64,000 bases of DNA from assembly GCF_009914755.1 (NCBI RefSeq), contig NC_060937.1. One strand, written 5' to 3'. Shown in pieces: positions 1 through 14,190 of this stretch. Under the pieces are notes generated by a model. It saw nothing but the letters and a program-made list of their open reading frames with translations, did no database searches and was not told the origin of the DNA. A program made the translations under genes and the position numbers. Position 1 is the first letter of the stretch. Each line of letters opens with the position of its first letter. The stretch is from the human T2T-CHM13v2.0 reference genome, Homo sapiens.

Positions 1-259
1 AATTAATCAATTTTTCAATGTCGGCATTTATATAAATACAAATCATGCTGACAAATACACTCATCACACCTACAGCCTGCCTGCCTACTGCCTGCCTTGC
101 TACTAGACAAGCAAATGGCCCCCACTAAATGTTGCCCAGTGAATCAGCATTGACTCAGCAGAATGACTTGACAATATGGCATTGTGGTTATCTAAATAAG
201 TTGATTATTATTCAAACATCTTCACCAGTCTCTACCACCTAAGAAAAATGCAAAAACTT

Positions 260-571
<312 letters not shown>

Positions 572-647
572 AAGAAAAATACAAAAACTCCTTGAAGCAT
601 AGGAACAAAAAGCAGATAAAGCAAAAAGCAGAATAGTTGTATGCTGA

Positions 648-1030
<383 letters not shown>

Positions 1031-1084
1031 GTGTTTGCATTTTTATACTTCACTAATTCATTCATTTTTAAATTAATTATTAAT

Positions 1085-1366
1085 ATTTTTTGGAGACGGG
1101 GTCTCAATCTCTCCCAGGCTAAAGTGCAGTGGCGCATCACGATTCACTGCAGCCTCGACACCCGGGGCTCAAGCATTCCTTTCTCCTCAGCCTCCTGAGT
1201 AGCTGGGACTACAGGCATGCACCATGCCTGACTATTTTTTAATTTTTGTAGTGACGAGATCCCACTGTTTGGCCTAGGCAGGTCTTGAATTCCCGGGCTC
1301 AAATGATCCTCCCACCTCAGCCTCTTAAAATGCTGGGATTACAGGCCTGAGTTTCCATTCCTGGCC
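1085..1366 (-). mobile_element. AluJ
   Basis: Diverged Alu with J-type gggctcaagc/aatgatcctcccacctcagc motifs, ending ctggcc. Confidence 0.9.
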
Positions 1367-1809
1367 TTATTCAGTCTTTAAAAAATTGAGCACTTAAGGT
1401 AAGCAAAGTAAATTTCAAGTTGGTACTGAGTTTAACGCAAGGGTCTCTGTGTTTCCCTATCTTTACTGAAATGTACTAGGTGTAACTTATAAAAATAGAA
1501 ATAAAGTGATACAATGTGCAAATAAATTGAAGAAAATAAGCTCTACCTAGGTGAACAGTTACTATTAATTCTAGTGCAATAATGCATAGGAAAATTTGTG
1601 TATAATTATTACATAATAGTTGTTCAAGTGGAAGTGCATTTTTTTATTACAAAATAGACCTTAACAGAGAAATCACAAAACAATAAGAATACTTAGCTCA
1701 AACTAAAGGAAACAAAAATACATGTTAAATTATCATTAAATAGTTCTACTAGTCACAAAGTTAGTTACAGAACAACCCTTTTCAATATTAATTATAAAAT
1801 ATATTTTGC

Positions 1810-2115
<306 letters not shown>

Positions 2116-2744
2116 GAAATATATTTCGCAAAATTAAAATTAATAGGCATTTCTTTGGGTCAAAAATGATACCAGGTTTCTCTTAAATATCTTATGCATG
2201 TTATGCTTTGAGGTGTTAGCACACTCAATCAGTCTCATTTGGAATATTTTTTAAGTATAATGCAAGATACAGCTTAACATCAGGGATCTATACTTTTCAG
2301 TTGTAACCATTTTCTAATTTGAAAGCCTGTAGTATTCTTCTGAGATTCAGATTTTTTGTTTGTTTTCCAATTAATATTTTGGGTCCAAAAACTCGATCTA
2401 GATCTTTGCAAAGAACAATTAAGGGCTATTTTTAGAAAGTTTTAATTTTTTTAAAGGCATATTTCTTCCATTGCTGGAAGAAAAAATTTAACTCAATTAT
2501 GCCATCATGTTGGGTGACAAAATTAAAATTCAAAAGAAATACAGACAACAGTATAAATGATAAGTTGAAACTAAAGTGAAATAAGATGGTGCGTGGAAAC
2601 AAAATCTCTTTACATAGGCATAGGAGACCTGATTTCACACATGGCTGTTTCATGAACTGGCTACTAAACAAGTCATTGAGAAATGCACATTAATTAACTA
2701 ATAATATAATAATAGAAGCAATGACATCTTTGCATCCAAAGACA

Positions 2745-2910
2745 CATAAGTTTGAATTGCAGTGTTTCATTGATTAATAATAGTGAGCTATCAGCAAGTT
2801 CCTTAACCTTTCTGAACTTTAACAGTCCCCGTAAAATGGGGATAATATTTATTCTTCTAAAAGTAAATCTAAGATTTTTTAACAATTGTTTGACATATAT
2901 CATAAATGTA
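2745..2910 (+). mobile_element. MIR fragment
   Basis: gcaagttccttaacctttctgaac...gtaaaatggggataata MIR core. Confidence 0.7.
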
Positions 2911-3184
2911 CCAAAGATTAAATAACCTATTGATCTAACTGTATATAAGCTACTTCATAAAACTGCGTGGCGCATAATTTGGAAAGGCAGAAGAATTTCC
3001 ATTCAGGTCATGTAAATTTGTTTTTCTCAAGCAATAAAAAATAAAATATAAGTATGCATGATCATCGTTATGGTTCTCAATATAATTTTCCAGTTTTATT
3101 ATCTACCTTGATTTGTCAGATTCATGTAATAACAAATACTGCCCTATCCATTTAAAATGTATACAATGTGCCATACATTTGGCT

Positions 3185-3370
3185 ATGGATTTTACATGCA
3201 TTATCCTATTTGGTAACAGTGAGAGCCCTACGGGATTGGTTTTATTAACCTATGATTTAGGTAACAACTTTCAGTCTCAGTAATGTTATTTAACTTGCAG
3301 AAACTTGCGGAGTTGTAGTATCAACTTTCACATTCAGAAATTCTAACTCTAAACCGCCTGTTCTTAGTTA
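3185..3370 (-). mobile_element. MIR fragment
   Basis: tttacatgcattatcc...ttatttaacttgcag reverse MIR core. Confidence 0.55.
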
Positions 3371-3449
3371 TCTGAAGTCGTTATATGTAGAATAGAAAAT
3401 TGGGATCAGATTTCTCTATCTGCATCATATGTATCACTATTTGAAGTTA

Positions 3450-4015
3450 TATATTTCTTCTTTATTCTTATTACTGCCTGTCTCCACAATTTGTTTCTAA
3501 GCTCCACAAGGGCAGAATCTGTATTGCGAGTTCACGGCTTTATGCCTGTTTAAACAAACTAAGTATGACCTGAGTAGTACTCCGTACTTCCATATTTGAG
3601 TCCTTGTGGATGAACTGTAACCTAGCTTAACAGTCAGACAAAGTGGAAAACCTAACTTAGTAGTATATGCACTTGTAACAATGGCTGAGTATTGACCAAT
3701 CCCAGTGACCATACTTCAACCACTCATAGACTGCTGAATGTTCAAACTGCGTTCAAGTAAGGCAAACACCGAGCTGTAACCAATCTCACTGTTTCTGTAC
3801 TTCACTTCCAATTCCTGTGCATCACTTTACCTTTTTTTTTTTTGTCTATAAATTTGTTCTGACCATGAGGTACCCCTGGAGTCTCTGTGAATCTGCTGTC
3901 ATTCTGGGGGTTGCCCAATTCACGAATCATTCATTGCTCAATAAAACTCCTTTAAGTTTAACTCAGCTTAAGTTTTTATTTTATCATGCCTAATGCCTGG
4001 CTTGAATAAATACAT
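3450..4015 (+). mobile_element. L2 3' end, split by an LTR insertion
   Basis: ctaagctccacaagggcagaatc...gttcacggctttatgcc, then LTR, then taatgcctggcttgaataaata. Confidence 0.6.
3547..3986 (+). mobile_element. ERV1 solo LTR, MER57A-like
   Basis: TG...CA termini; 4-bp TSD tgcc (3543-3546, 3987-3990); CCAAT twice, TATAAA at 3847, AATAAA at 3940; resembles recalled MER57 consensus. Confidence 0.8.
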
Positions 4016-5430
4016 CATAATCATTTATATGGGTCAGAACTGTGCGTGGATTACACCACAGTGCTCTAAAAGGAGAGTTCATTCCCTATGGTTCAGAATA
4101 GATTGTAGTAACTTCCATAAGTGGCAGATATTTTAGTCTTTCAAACTAAGAAACCCTGGCCTTAACTCCCACAGATAACTGATGGGTAGACAAGAGTTCA
4201 ACCACAATGACATAATTGGTTATCATTAGGAAAAAGTAAAAGAAGAAGGCATCAACAGGGCTTCTTAAACGAAAATAATTATAGTTACATAGTTGAATTT
4301 AATAGAATAATTTCCTTAACATGATATACCAGAATAAATAAAGCATTGCTATTTGAAAAAAAGAGCCACAGAATTAGACCGAAGTTTGCAAGATGCAATA
4401 CTCTATTAATTTAGCTGTAGTTTTTCAGTTGTAGACTTCTATGATGCTTGCACCACAGTTCTTTGTGAATGGGGGATGTGGACTGGATTCAGGTGAAAGA
4501 AACAAGCTGTGGCAAACCCTGTGTACAACTGCAGCACACACAAATCAAAAAGCAATCTTTATATGTGATGGTTATTTAGAGTTTGCAATGTTCTCATCAG
4601 TAATTCCTATCTTCATGCAGAAACGACTGACATTGATGTTATCATAGACAAAGAAAAAGGAAATTTATTTCCTTCTTAGTTCTCACTTTTTCCCTCCACT
4701 CTTTCATCTTAAGCCCATCACCATAACATCACTGGAAGACTGAGGGAAGGCCAGAGAATTATTTTTGTTAAATTAATATAATCACGCTTTGCTTTTGAGT
4801 AATATGTGTACATTTTTTACTTGTCCGTCTACATGCAAACTTCATATATGTAGATCATTTTAAAAGAACTTATATGTGCACACATATCACAAGTAAAATT
4901 ATTGTAATAGAATTATAAAAATTGCATGGTTTATATTATGTAATTTAATTTCAGAATTGTCTATCAATGTATTTATTTGTATTGAAATATAATACTAGAA
5001 TATTTATATTAAAAAGGCATATCAATTTATTCAAGTAGCATATGATGGGTTAACTACTCTAAGATAATGGATTTTGCTTGTATTTGGGCCCAATGTTTTT
5101 TTTTCTTCAGGTTGTCCTGTATTTTAATGTTGAATCATTAAAAATTTACTTTGAGCAATCTATACTGTATAAGATTCCATGTAAAATCAAAATATCACTG
5201 TCAATCATTAAAAACACTGCTTAAATATTATTGTTTTTTCTTAAATATATTGTATTAATGAAGAATCATGATTCTAGGATCAAATGAAGTTCAATTTAAA
5301 AACCATGAAAGATTAGTTTTCTGAACTGTGTATGTGTTCTGAACATGTGTTTACTTAATGTAAACAAGTAAGAATCCCAAAGGATAATTTTTACTTAATA
5401 AACTTCTAAGAAAGGTGAGGTCACTTTAAA

Positions 5431-5435
<5 letters not shown>

Positions 5436-5471
<36 letters not shown>
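5436..5471. repeat. (TG)18 microsatellite in place of an Alu tail
   Basis: Direct reading; abuts the Alu 3' end. Confidence 0.95.
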
Positions 5472-5731
<260 letters not shown>

Positions 5732-7109
5732 TAAAGTGTATATATCTAAATAAATTAAAACTGGAAAACTCACAAGTTAAAAATTATGAATGAAAATGAC
5801 TGATAGAAGACTACAAGGCTCAACGTATAGGCGCATTTAGTATGCTGTCAGGTAATATTTATTTCTAGAGCTGTGTATCAACATCTTTGGGAACGAGAGA
5901 GGTCTATGTGTATTGTTTTATAAATACTTAGTTCTTCAATTTGATGTATAATTCCTTAACAATGTTTTATATATTCTGTAAAAAGACTGTTCATTACATG
6001 TTTTGGATTTCAAAAATTATTTTGTTTTTTTGATGCAGCATAATATAGATTTGGATCTAGGTGGAGAATAAGAATGCTTGTAAGGAAGGCAAAAACGGGC
6101 AAGAAATAATACCATTTGACTTATGCTTTAGTCTGTGTGAAACTTAAATGCTTCGTATAGAAGCTTTAATTCTAATTTTCTTTTCATTCCAGTCCCATTT
6201 CCAATTCATTGGCCTTCATATTCTAATGAAAACTGGATCAATTTGAAGGCACTTATACAACTGTTTCCTAACACCTTGTTCTAAATTACATCCTGACGAA
6301 TGAGTCATTTTGTCAGCTGAGTTCTTATTCACAATCACCCTGCAGTGTAATATTTTGTTGTTGTTGTTGTCGTCATTGCTGTTCAAAAACATGTTGTGAG
6401 TCAGTAATTTTTTCAGAGAACCAGTAAGCGTTTTCTGTGTTTATAGAGAGCAATTTGAGGTGATGATTAAACAGCATATAAAAAAAAGTTTTCTCAAATT
6501 TCTGATTATCTTAGTACCTTATTAATCACTATTATTAGGGTGTTATTCAAATGAATTTGTGTAATCTATATCTCATGTTTAACTTTTGAATAATAAAGAG
6601 CATCAAAACTGTAATGAAAGAAAATGAAAATCAGTATGTTAAGCCCCGAGAAACAAAATTTTTCTGTAGACATCCAAAATAAGTTTACTTTTTTGTCAAA
6701 CAGATTGGTCATAATTACCAATTAGTAAAAATTCCAAAGTACATTATATGAGAGTAAAAATAGCTTAAAGAAGTAAAAAATGTCAAAAAAGAGGAAAAAT
6801 AGCAAAATACAGGAAAAAAATTTCAGAGTCATTCATTTTTCTTGTACTTGTTTTTCTTGTGTTATAATTTTAAGGTAAAAATATTATCTGCTGCTGTGGA
6901 GGTGTTTTCCCACATTGATTGCTTTTACTCTTTAGGATTCTTATGAATAAACTGGCCAAATTATGAAAAAGTATTGTTTTCATAATATATACTTGAAGGG
7001 AAGTTTCATGGTTTATATACTTGTAGGAAAAATATGTAAAAGGCATACTGTAATTACCAGTGGATTCACTACCCCAAAATTCAAAATAAAATACAATTTT
7101 ACTTTTAGG

Positions 7110-8585
7110 AGCTCCTGGTTATAAAATTAGAACTTACAGTATTTATGATATAAAAGTATACTATTGTGAAATATCTGTATTATATATGAATGGATATAGT
7201 ATTACTGGTAGATAGAATGTAGTAAGTTACAGACATTTACTATAAACCCTAAAGCAACCAATAAAAATTTAAAAAAAATGAAATATATGGGTAATAGTCC
7301 AACAATAAATATAAAAACATATTATAAAATAATCCAAAACAAGTCTGAAAAAGCAAAAAAATGAACAAATGGGGCAAATAGATAACAAACAGCAAGATGA
7401 TAGATTTATATCTAATGTTATAAAGAATAACATTTATGTAAATGGTCTCAACAACCCTATAAAAAGGCAGAGACATCCATAATGAATAAAAAGCAATACC
7501 TAACTAATATGCTGTCTATAGAAAACGTACATTAAATATAAAGACTCAGATAGCTAAAAACAAAAAGATAGAAAAGATACATTACACTAGCACCATTCAA
7601 AAGAAAGCCAGAGTGGGCATGCTAATAATACATAAAGTAGATTTTAGAACAAGAAATATTTCCAGGAATATGAGAGACCATTTCATAATGATGTTTATTA
7701 AGAGAACCTGACAATCCTAAACATGTATGCACCAACTAACATAGTTTCAATATACATGAAGTAAAAACTAATAGACCTGCAAATAAACAGAAAATAAATA
7801 GGTATGGAAGACTTTAGCAACATAATCAACTAACTTGATGCAACTAACGTTAAGAAATACTTGGCCCAAAAATAGCAGAATGTATATTATTTTCAAGTGC
7901 ACCTGGGAAGTGTACAAAGATAGACCCTACTCTGAGGCATAAAACAATTCCTAAATTAAAAAAGTAACTCACACAAAGTATATTATCTGATCACAATGGG
8001 ATTAAATAAAAATCAGCGACAGAAGGACTTCTGAAAATTTTCAAATATTTGTAAACGAAGTACTACACTTCAATATAACCCATGGGCCAAAGAAATATAC
8101 AAAATAGATAATTAGAAGTTACTCTGAATTTAATGAAAATAAAATTACAACATATCAAAATTTGTGGAATGCCACAAAAGCAGTACTTTTAGAAACATTT
8201 ATACCAGAAAATATTCCTGTTAGTAATTTTAAAAGGTCTAAAAACAAGGGCATAGTTTCTTCCTCAATAGTTTAGAAAAAAATAGCAAAATCACTGGTAA
8301 TAACCAGAAAAAAAGGAAATGATATAGATCATAAATAAACAGAAAGCAGAAAAACAACAGAAAAAAATTGGCATAACCAATATTTGGTTCTTTGATGAAT
8401 AGATGAATTCACCTATTTGTTTAGATGCGTGAAAGTAAAAAAACCTCTACCCATGTTGATCAAGAAAAAAACAAAGAAATGTTCCAATAACAAATAAGTG
8501 ACATTGCTACAGATTCTGTAGATAATTAAAAAAGAAGAAATATTTATGAAAAAATTAAGGCTCAAAAATTCAACAGTTTTATCAA
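7110..8585 (+). mobile_element. Old L1 (L1M) fragment: inter-ORF region and ORF2 endonuclease region, decayed
   Basis: A-rich; fragments translate to NGLNNPIKRQR (~7442) and LSDHNGIK (~7983), L1 endonuclease motifs; many stops and frameshifts. Confidence 0.85.
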
Positions 8586-8598
8586 AGTTTTAAGGAAT

Positions 8599-8700
8599 TG
8601 TTGATGAAAGCGTCATCTCTGTAAAATACTTAGAGGTTTATTCTGAATCAAATATAAGTGTCCAAGGCCCAAGGCTCAGTCTCAAGAGATCCTGTTCAAG
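8599..8700 (-). mobile_element. MER4-group ERV1 LTR fragment
   Basis: tgttgatgaaag...ctctgtaaaata...tttattctga..caaatat matches the recalled reverse 3' end of MER4-type LTRs. Confidence 0.6.
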
Positions 8701-9949
8701 TTTGTCTAAAATCATCCTTATCCTTTCAACAGGAATGTTCAATCATCAGAATTGCACAATTACTGAGGTAAAAGGAATCTAGTAAAGATCTATTATGGAA
8801 ACTGAGTTTCTTAATTTAAATGATGGAATTGTTTTTCTGGTTTATTCCTTAAATGGCCTGAGCCAAGTGTTTGACTACCCATAGAAAAACTGACCACAGA
8901 TTCTGTGTTAAAATGTTTGGAAAACAAACTTGAAGAACAGAGATGGTGCTTGTAATCTCACAGCTTTCCCTGTATGGCCTTCAATATATCACTCTTGTTA
9001 TTAACACGAAACCTGAGGCTTTTTACTTAACCTTATTTGATACCCTAATTTGAGGAGCATTATGACTCATTTACTTCAATATCATTTTCTCATACTGTTA
9101 CATAGTAAACATAGTTATTACAACATATCTTCATAGAGCATTTGCAAAACAGGAAAAGAAATCATAAGTCAGGTTGTTACCTTCATATACAATATTACGT
9201 CTTATATTACATTACATTTTATATTACAATGGTTTGCAATATAAAATGTGTTTTCCCTCCTTTTCTAATAATTCACTCTATCATTTTTCTATCTACCTTT
9301 CCCTACTGTGCCTTCATGGAATGAATTGCTCGGCCTCTTTTGGTTTTAGGCACAGTTGTCTGTTTCAAGTAGGACAATGAAAGATTAGTAAATCTCATTG
9401 GAATTTTCACCCTAGTTTTCTATGTAGATAATCAAGATTTGTGGAAATCATAGAGTACTGACATTTCTCTACTCCACTATCCTCAATAATTTTTCTAGTG
9501 GTAATTCTAGTTCCTCAAAAATTTTGGTTTACTGAACTTAGAAAATTTGAAATTACATGAAAATGATCTCCATTAGACTGAAACAAAATTACTCTACGTT
9601 TTGAAAACCCCTTTTTCAAATTGACTATAGACGTGTCAAGTTACAGCTTTTCTCTGGAGACTCCTGGAGATTGATACAGATCTCTATAACCAAAGGATAT
9701 GTGTATTTATGCTTTGCATTAAAAAAAAGGAATGTCTCTTAGTGTAATTTTTCTGTCAATCTAGGAATATGAGAAAACTTCAAGCAATTCATCTGTATCG
9801 GCATGGAGAGGAGGAAAATGAGACTGTAGATATACGTTGCTTTGGATGGCACCAATATGGGCCAGGAAGCTTGCTTGAAACAAGATAAAAATGTGATTTG
9901 GATACCAATGAAGTGACTTTCTGAATCCTTGCCTTCCTAAATACAAACT

Positions 9950-10095
9950 GCATGATCCTGGCTCTACCTCTTAAAAATGTAGCAATTTATTTTTCTCAGT
10001 GGCAGATTTGAATAATAATGTTTATATGTCTATAACTTAACACTATTGTGAGAATCAAATGAAATAATGATTAGTAAATAACTTTGAGAATCATT
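9950..10095 (+). mobile_element. MIR fragment
   Basis: atcctggctctacc...ttgtgagaatcaaatgaaataatg. Confidence 0.6.
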
Positions 10096-10831
10096 AAGTA
10101 ATTTATCAAACATATGTTTTGTGCAAGGCATATGTAGATTATAGTAATTATTATAAACAATTTAGGCATAGTTCAAAACCATAATGCTTTTTAACAACTG
10201 ACCTACTTTATTTCTTGCACCAAATACATTTTCAATAAATGTTCTATATTTTTCTAATAAATCTCTGTTTCTTTAATGCAACTATCTATTTAACTTTAAA
10301 CATGAAAAATTCAGACAACATATTTAGCATAAAGAGATAAAGTGTTCTCTAGTTTCTATAATATGCAATTTTTCATAAATATTTTCAGCTTCTTGTCTCA
10401 TTTCTTAGTACTTCCTACAAAAAAACTGAGTGGTTTGTATTGAATTATTATTTGTGACAGGCACTATGCCAACTATATTTTCTACTTTACCTTATTCAGT
10501 TTTTAACTGGAAACTGTGGCCCAGAGAATTACCTAAGCTCTTACCTGAGCTAAGAATTATCTGAGTGTAGAGTTTGGAAGGGGATGTGGTCATGAAAAGT
10601 TTGATCCCTCCCATTCTGTCCTCTTTTCTTAAGCCAGCTGCCCCTGGAAAACACACTTTATGCTATGCTTACTTCTTCATGCTCTATATTTAGTGGATAA
10701 CCAACCCTCCCTGGGGAGGTTTGAGGTTGTGCACACAGCTCTGCCTGTGGCAGAATGGGCAAATGTAATTTTATCATTCATTGTTGGGATACCTATTTCT
10801 GGTGCACATTTAAGGCCCATCTTCTAATCGT

Positions 10832-10834
<3 letters not shown>

Positions 10835-10878
<44 letters not shown>
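10835..10878. repeat. (TG)22 microsatellite
   Basis: Direct reading. Confidence 0.97.
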
Positions 10879-10879
<1 letters not shown>

Positions 10880-10899
10880 TTTAACTGTATCCCTCCCAC

Positions 10900-10942
10900 A
10901 CTCCAATTTAAGATAAGCAAAACTCCAATTTAAGATAAGCAA
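10900..10942. repeat. 22-bp tandem duplication (actccaatttaagataagcaa x2)
   Basis: Direct reading; identical copies. Confidence 0.92.
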
Positions 10943-10966
10943 CCTAAATTCTGAGTTGATTATTCT

Positions 10967-11514
10967 GTTGTGGCTCAGGACACACTACCCTAAAACCTGA
11001 CTGCAGGATACCAGAATACAGCACCCCAACATTAACCTCTTTGGCATATTGAATATCTCTAGCTGATTATTTTGAGAAACTGCAGACATAGAAGTAGCTC
11101 TGAAAAGCTACCTTTTATAAAAGAAATTTACATTTATAAGGGAAATTTCTATTAGTAAAGGTATCTATATCAGGAAGAGTGTTGCTCTGAGCCAGCTTTT
11201 ACCATCTGAGACTTACCTGCCTAAAAAGGCAACATTTATTCACAATTCCTTACTTTCCCTCATCTTCCTATAATTTGTCTCCCTCACACTCCCCCAGCAG
11301 CCCCAAGCAACTAGTTCTTTCTGTAGTGAGGCATACTATATGAGTTTTGATCATCTGGCCCTTCTTTGAGTGCCATATTCTTATGGTACTCCTGTGCATA
11401 CGTACATAGTGAAAATTGTTTTCCCCCATTAGCCTGTCTTATGTCAACTTAATTTATAGCTCAGCCAAAGAACCTAGAAGGGTAAAAGGGAAACATTCTT
11501 TTTCCTCTCCTAAA
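10967..11514 (+). mobile_element. ERV1 solo LTR, MER34-family
   Basis: tgttgtggctcagg...gattattttgagaaactgcagac...gccaaagaacctagaagggt resembles recalled MER34A-type consensus. Confidence 0.75.
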
Positions 11515-11529
11515 ATACTGTTACTTACT

Positions 11530-12195
11530 TTTTCATATAGTTTTATTTTATCTACGTGTATCCATACATTTTAATGGTTATTTTTTCTTTTAACTTTATA
11601 AAATGTAACCATGTTCTATGTAGTCCCTTGAAACATATTTTTTCTCTGAAAATTATATTGTTAAGACGCAGCCATGCTTTTGAGTATTGTTGTATTTGGA
11701 CTCTTGTAAAATATTTCATTCATTAAATATACCACAGTTATTTTCATCTACTCTCTTATGAGTGGACACTTGTTCTTCCCTTCCCATGTTACAGCTTTAT
11801 ATTACTGTTGACAGTACAGATACCAGGATTCTTGTATGTGTTTTACAGTGTACATGTGTAAGAAATACTCATGGGTATGTGTCTTAGGATGGAATTGCTA
11901 GGCTTTGAGATATCTGAATTACAGTTTCAAAATGTAACAAATTGTTTCAAAGTAATGGTACCAATTTACATTTCTACTGATAATATATATAAAAACCTCT
12001 AAAGTTTTCCAACACTTGGTATTTTCAGGTATTGTAACATTTCCTCATTGAATGGATGAAAATAGCATCAAATTGTGGTCTTGATCTGCATTCATCTGGT
12101 CACTAATGACTTCTCTTCTTATTTTTATTGACTATATATATTTCTTTCTTTTGTGAGATGCCTGAGCATGCCATTAGCCTATTTTTATTGAGTGT
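11530..12195 (-). mobile_element. Ancient L1ME 3' region
   Basis: ggatggaattgctagg, ggtaccaatttacatt, ttgtggtcttgatctgcatt: reverse L1 3' motifs. Confidence 0.7.
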
Positions 12196-12408
12196 TTAAA
12201 ATATTTCAAAATAAACACCAATAAAAAGTTATGAAATCCTACAAAAGGGAATATGATTAGTGTGTTGAGCAGCTGAGAACAAATATATACTCATTAAATA
12301 TTAGTATAATTACATAATATTGAAAACTTAAAAACACAAAAACTATCATACCTTCACATTTATGAGCACATATAGCATCCAAGCTGCACACTTAAAAATA
12401 TTTTGCAA

Positions 12409-12540
12409 GGCTGGGCATGGTGGCTTATGCTTGTAATCCCAACACTTTGCAGGGCCAAGGCGGGAAGCTTGCTTGAGGCCAAGAGTACAAGACCAGCATG
12501 GGCAACACAGCGAGATCCCATCTCTAATTTTTTAAAAAGA
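12409..12540 (+). mobile_element. FLAM / Alu left monomer
   Basis: ggctgggcatggtggctt...gcttgaggcc...ccatctct; single monomer. Confidence 0.85.
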
Positions 12541-13779
12541 TTTTTATAGTATATACAAAAATGGTACATACTATGGTACTAAATATTTGGTACTAATCAT
12601 AGTAAACAAGGAAAACATGACAAGGGCCATTAATATGTAATACTAAATTATAACAGCTTTTCAAAACTAGAGAACCCAAGAATGTTGGGCTTCTCAAAGC
12701 CCAAAAGGCTTTATGGATTTTATGGTAAAACTATCTTTTCACCTATTTCTGACCATATCACAAATTGTATATATTTTAGAAACAAAAAAAAATTCTAATA
12801 GAATTTTAGTCCCAAAAGGTATAATATATAGTTAATATAATTTTTTCAAGAATAGCCCAAAAAATATGACTTTCTTCTGCAAAATGAATGTACATATGCC
12901 TTATACAAAATTTATGTTGAATAAATGTACTATGTTTGTGTTATGAATCTTTCTTCCTTAACAAAAATGGGCTCCTTAACTTTAAAACACAGAGAAACTT
13001 ACTTTAGAAGTCCCATTTTAGCACAAGGATAAAAAATGTTAACCAAGCAATTAAACTGGATTGACTTTAGTGCATAAGATTCAGGTGTGTTCAATTACAA
13101 GTTTGTCCTGCCAACGAGCATCTCTTTGAGGTGTAGCTGGTTGGCATGACAGCAGGACAGGTTGCAATGGCTGGAATATACAAGGTCAGACAATTCTTTG
13201 AAATTTTTCATTCTGTACATTTATATCTCTGACCCCTCAGAATGAGAGGTAAAATAAACACACTTGTGCTAAAGCAATTTCACATAGTGTTATCTAACTA
13301 AAAATAGCCATATAATAACAAATTATTACCCCTCTTTTACAGTTGAGGAAGCCAAATGTCAGATACAGTAAGATTGTAGTGTAAATTTTACTGTAAAAAA
13401 TAATCTTTTCTATAAAAATAAATTGATAATCATGTTCTTTTTCCAAAAAATACCCCTTATTATGAGTGTAATGACAAATACACGGATTACTGCAATACAA
13501 GTCAGAAAACTATTGTCTGGAAAAATAAAGGTAAAGCCTGAAGAATTCAAAGAATGACATCTTGCTACAACTTATTTTACTGTTTGTTGGTGGAAGATGG
13601 GGGTGTGGGTAGAAAAGTCTTCATGGAGACAGATGTGAATGGAGATTAGAGGACTAGACCAAAGGCATTGAATCAGCATGAGCACCTGTCCTGTCCATAG
13701 TTGGAAAAGTATGAGATAATTTTCTCAGAAATAATAAATCATTTATTTCTGCTAATAACTTGGATATGTTAAGGGAAAC

Positions 13780-14190
13780 AATCAGGACAAGATAAGAAAG
13801 GTAAGTTGGGGGTGACATTGTACATGATCATATATGGGCAGGCTAATAAGTTTATGCTTTATTTGGGAAGCAGTCAGGTCTCTTTGAGCAAGGTGAATCT
13901 GTCTTCAGTGAGTTGGATGAACTGAAGAGGAAGCACTGGATGAAGGGAGAAATATCAGGTAGTTATTGGAACTATCTAACCTAGAGGAAAATAGAATGTG
14001 GTAGAAAGAATTTTTTAAGCATGGGGGGATGATGTGAGAGATGCTATGGAAGTAAAACCGACAAGACATTGTCAACTTATGTGGATGTGTGGGGGCTAAT
14101 GCAGTTTTCAAAGATACTTTCATAAATTGAAGTTGTATGCCTCAGAGTATAGTGTTGATATTGACACAAATTAGGACTCTGGAGAAATGG
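13780..14190 (-). mobile_element. L2 fragment
   Basis: Purine-rich reverse L2 pattern (gagagatgctatggaagtaaaaccgacaagac...ggatgtgtggggg). Confidence 0.55.

Noticed and set aside
7110-8585. Possible functional L1 ORF2
   Set aside because: Many stops and frameshifts; truncated before the RT domain
13298-13307. Perfect MEF2 motif CTAAAAATAG (also 48529) and CArG boxes (39492, 45066)
   Set aside because: Expected by chance at this AT content; no independent support
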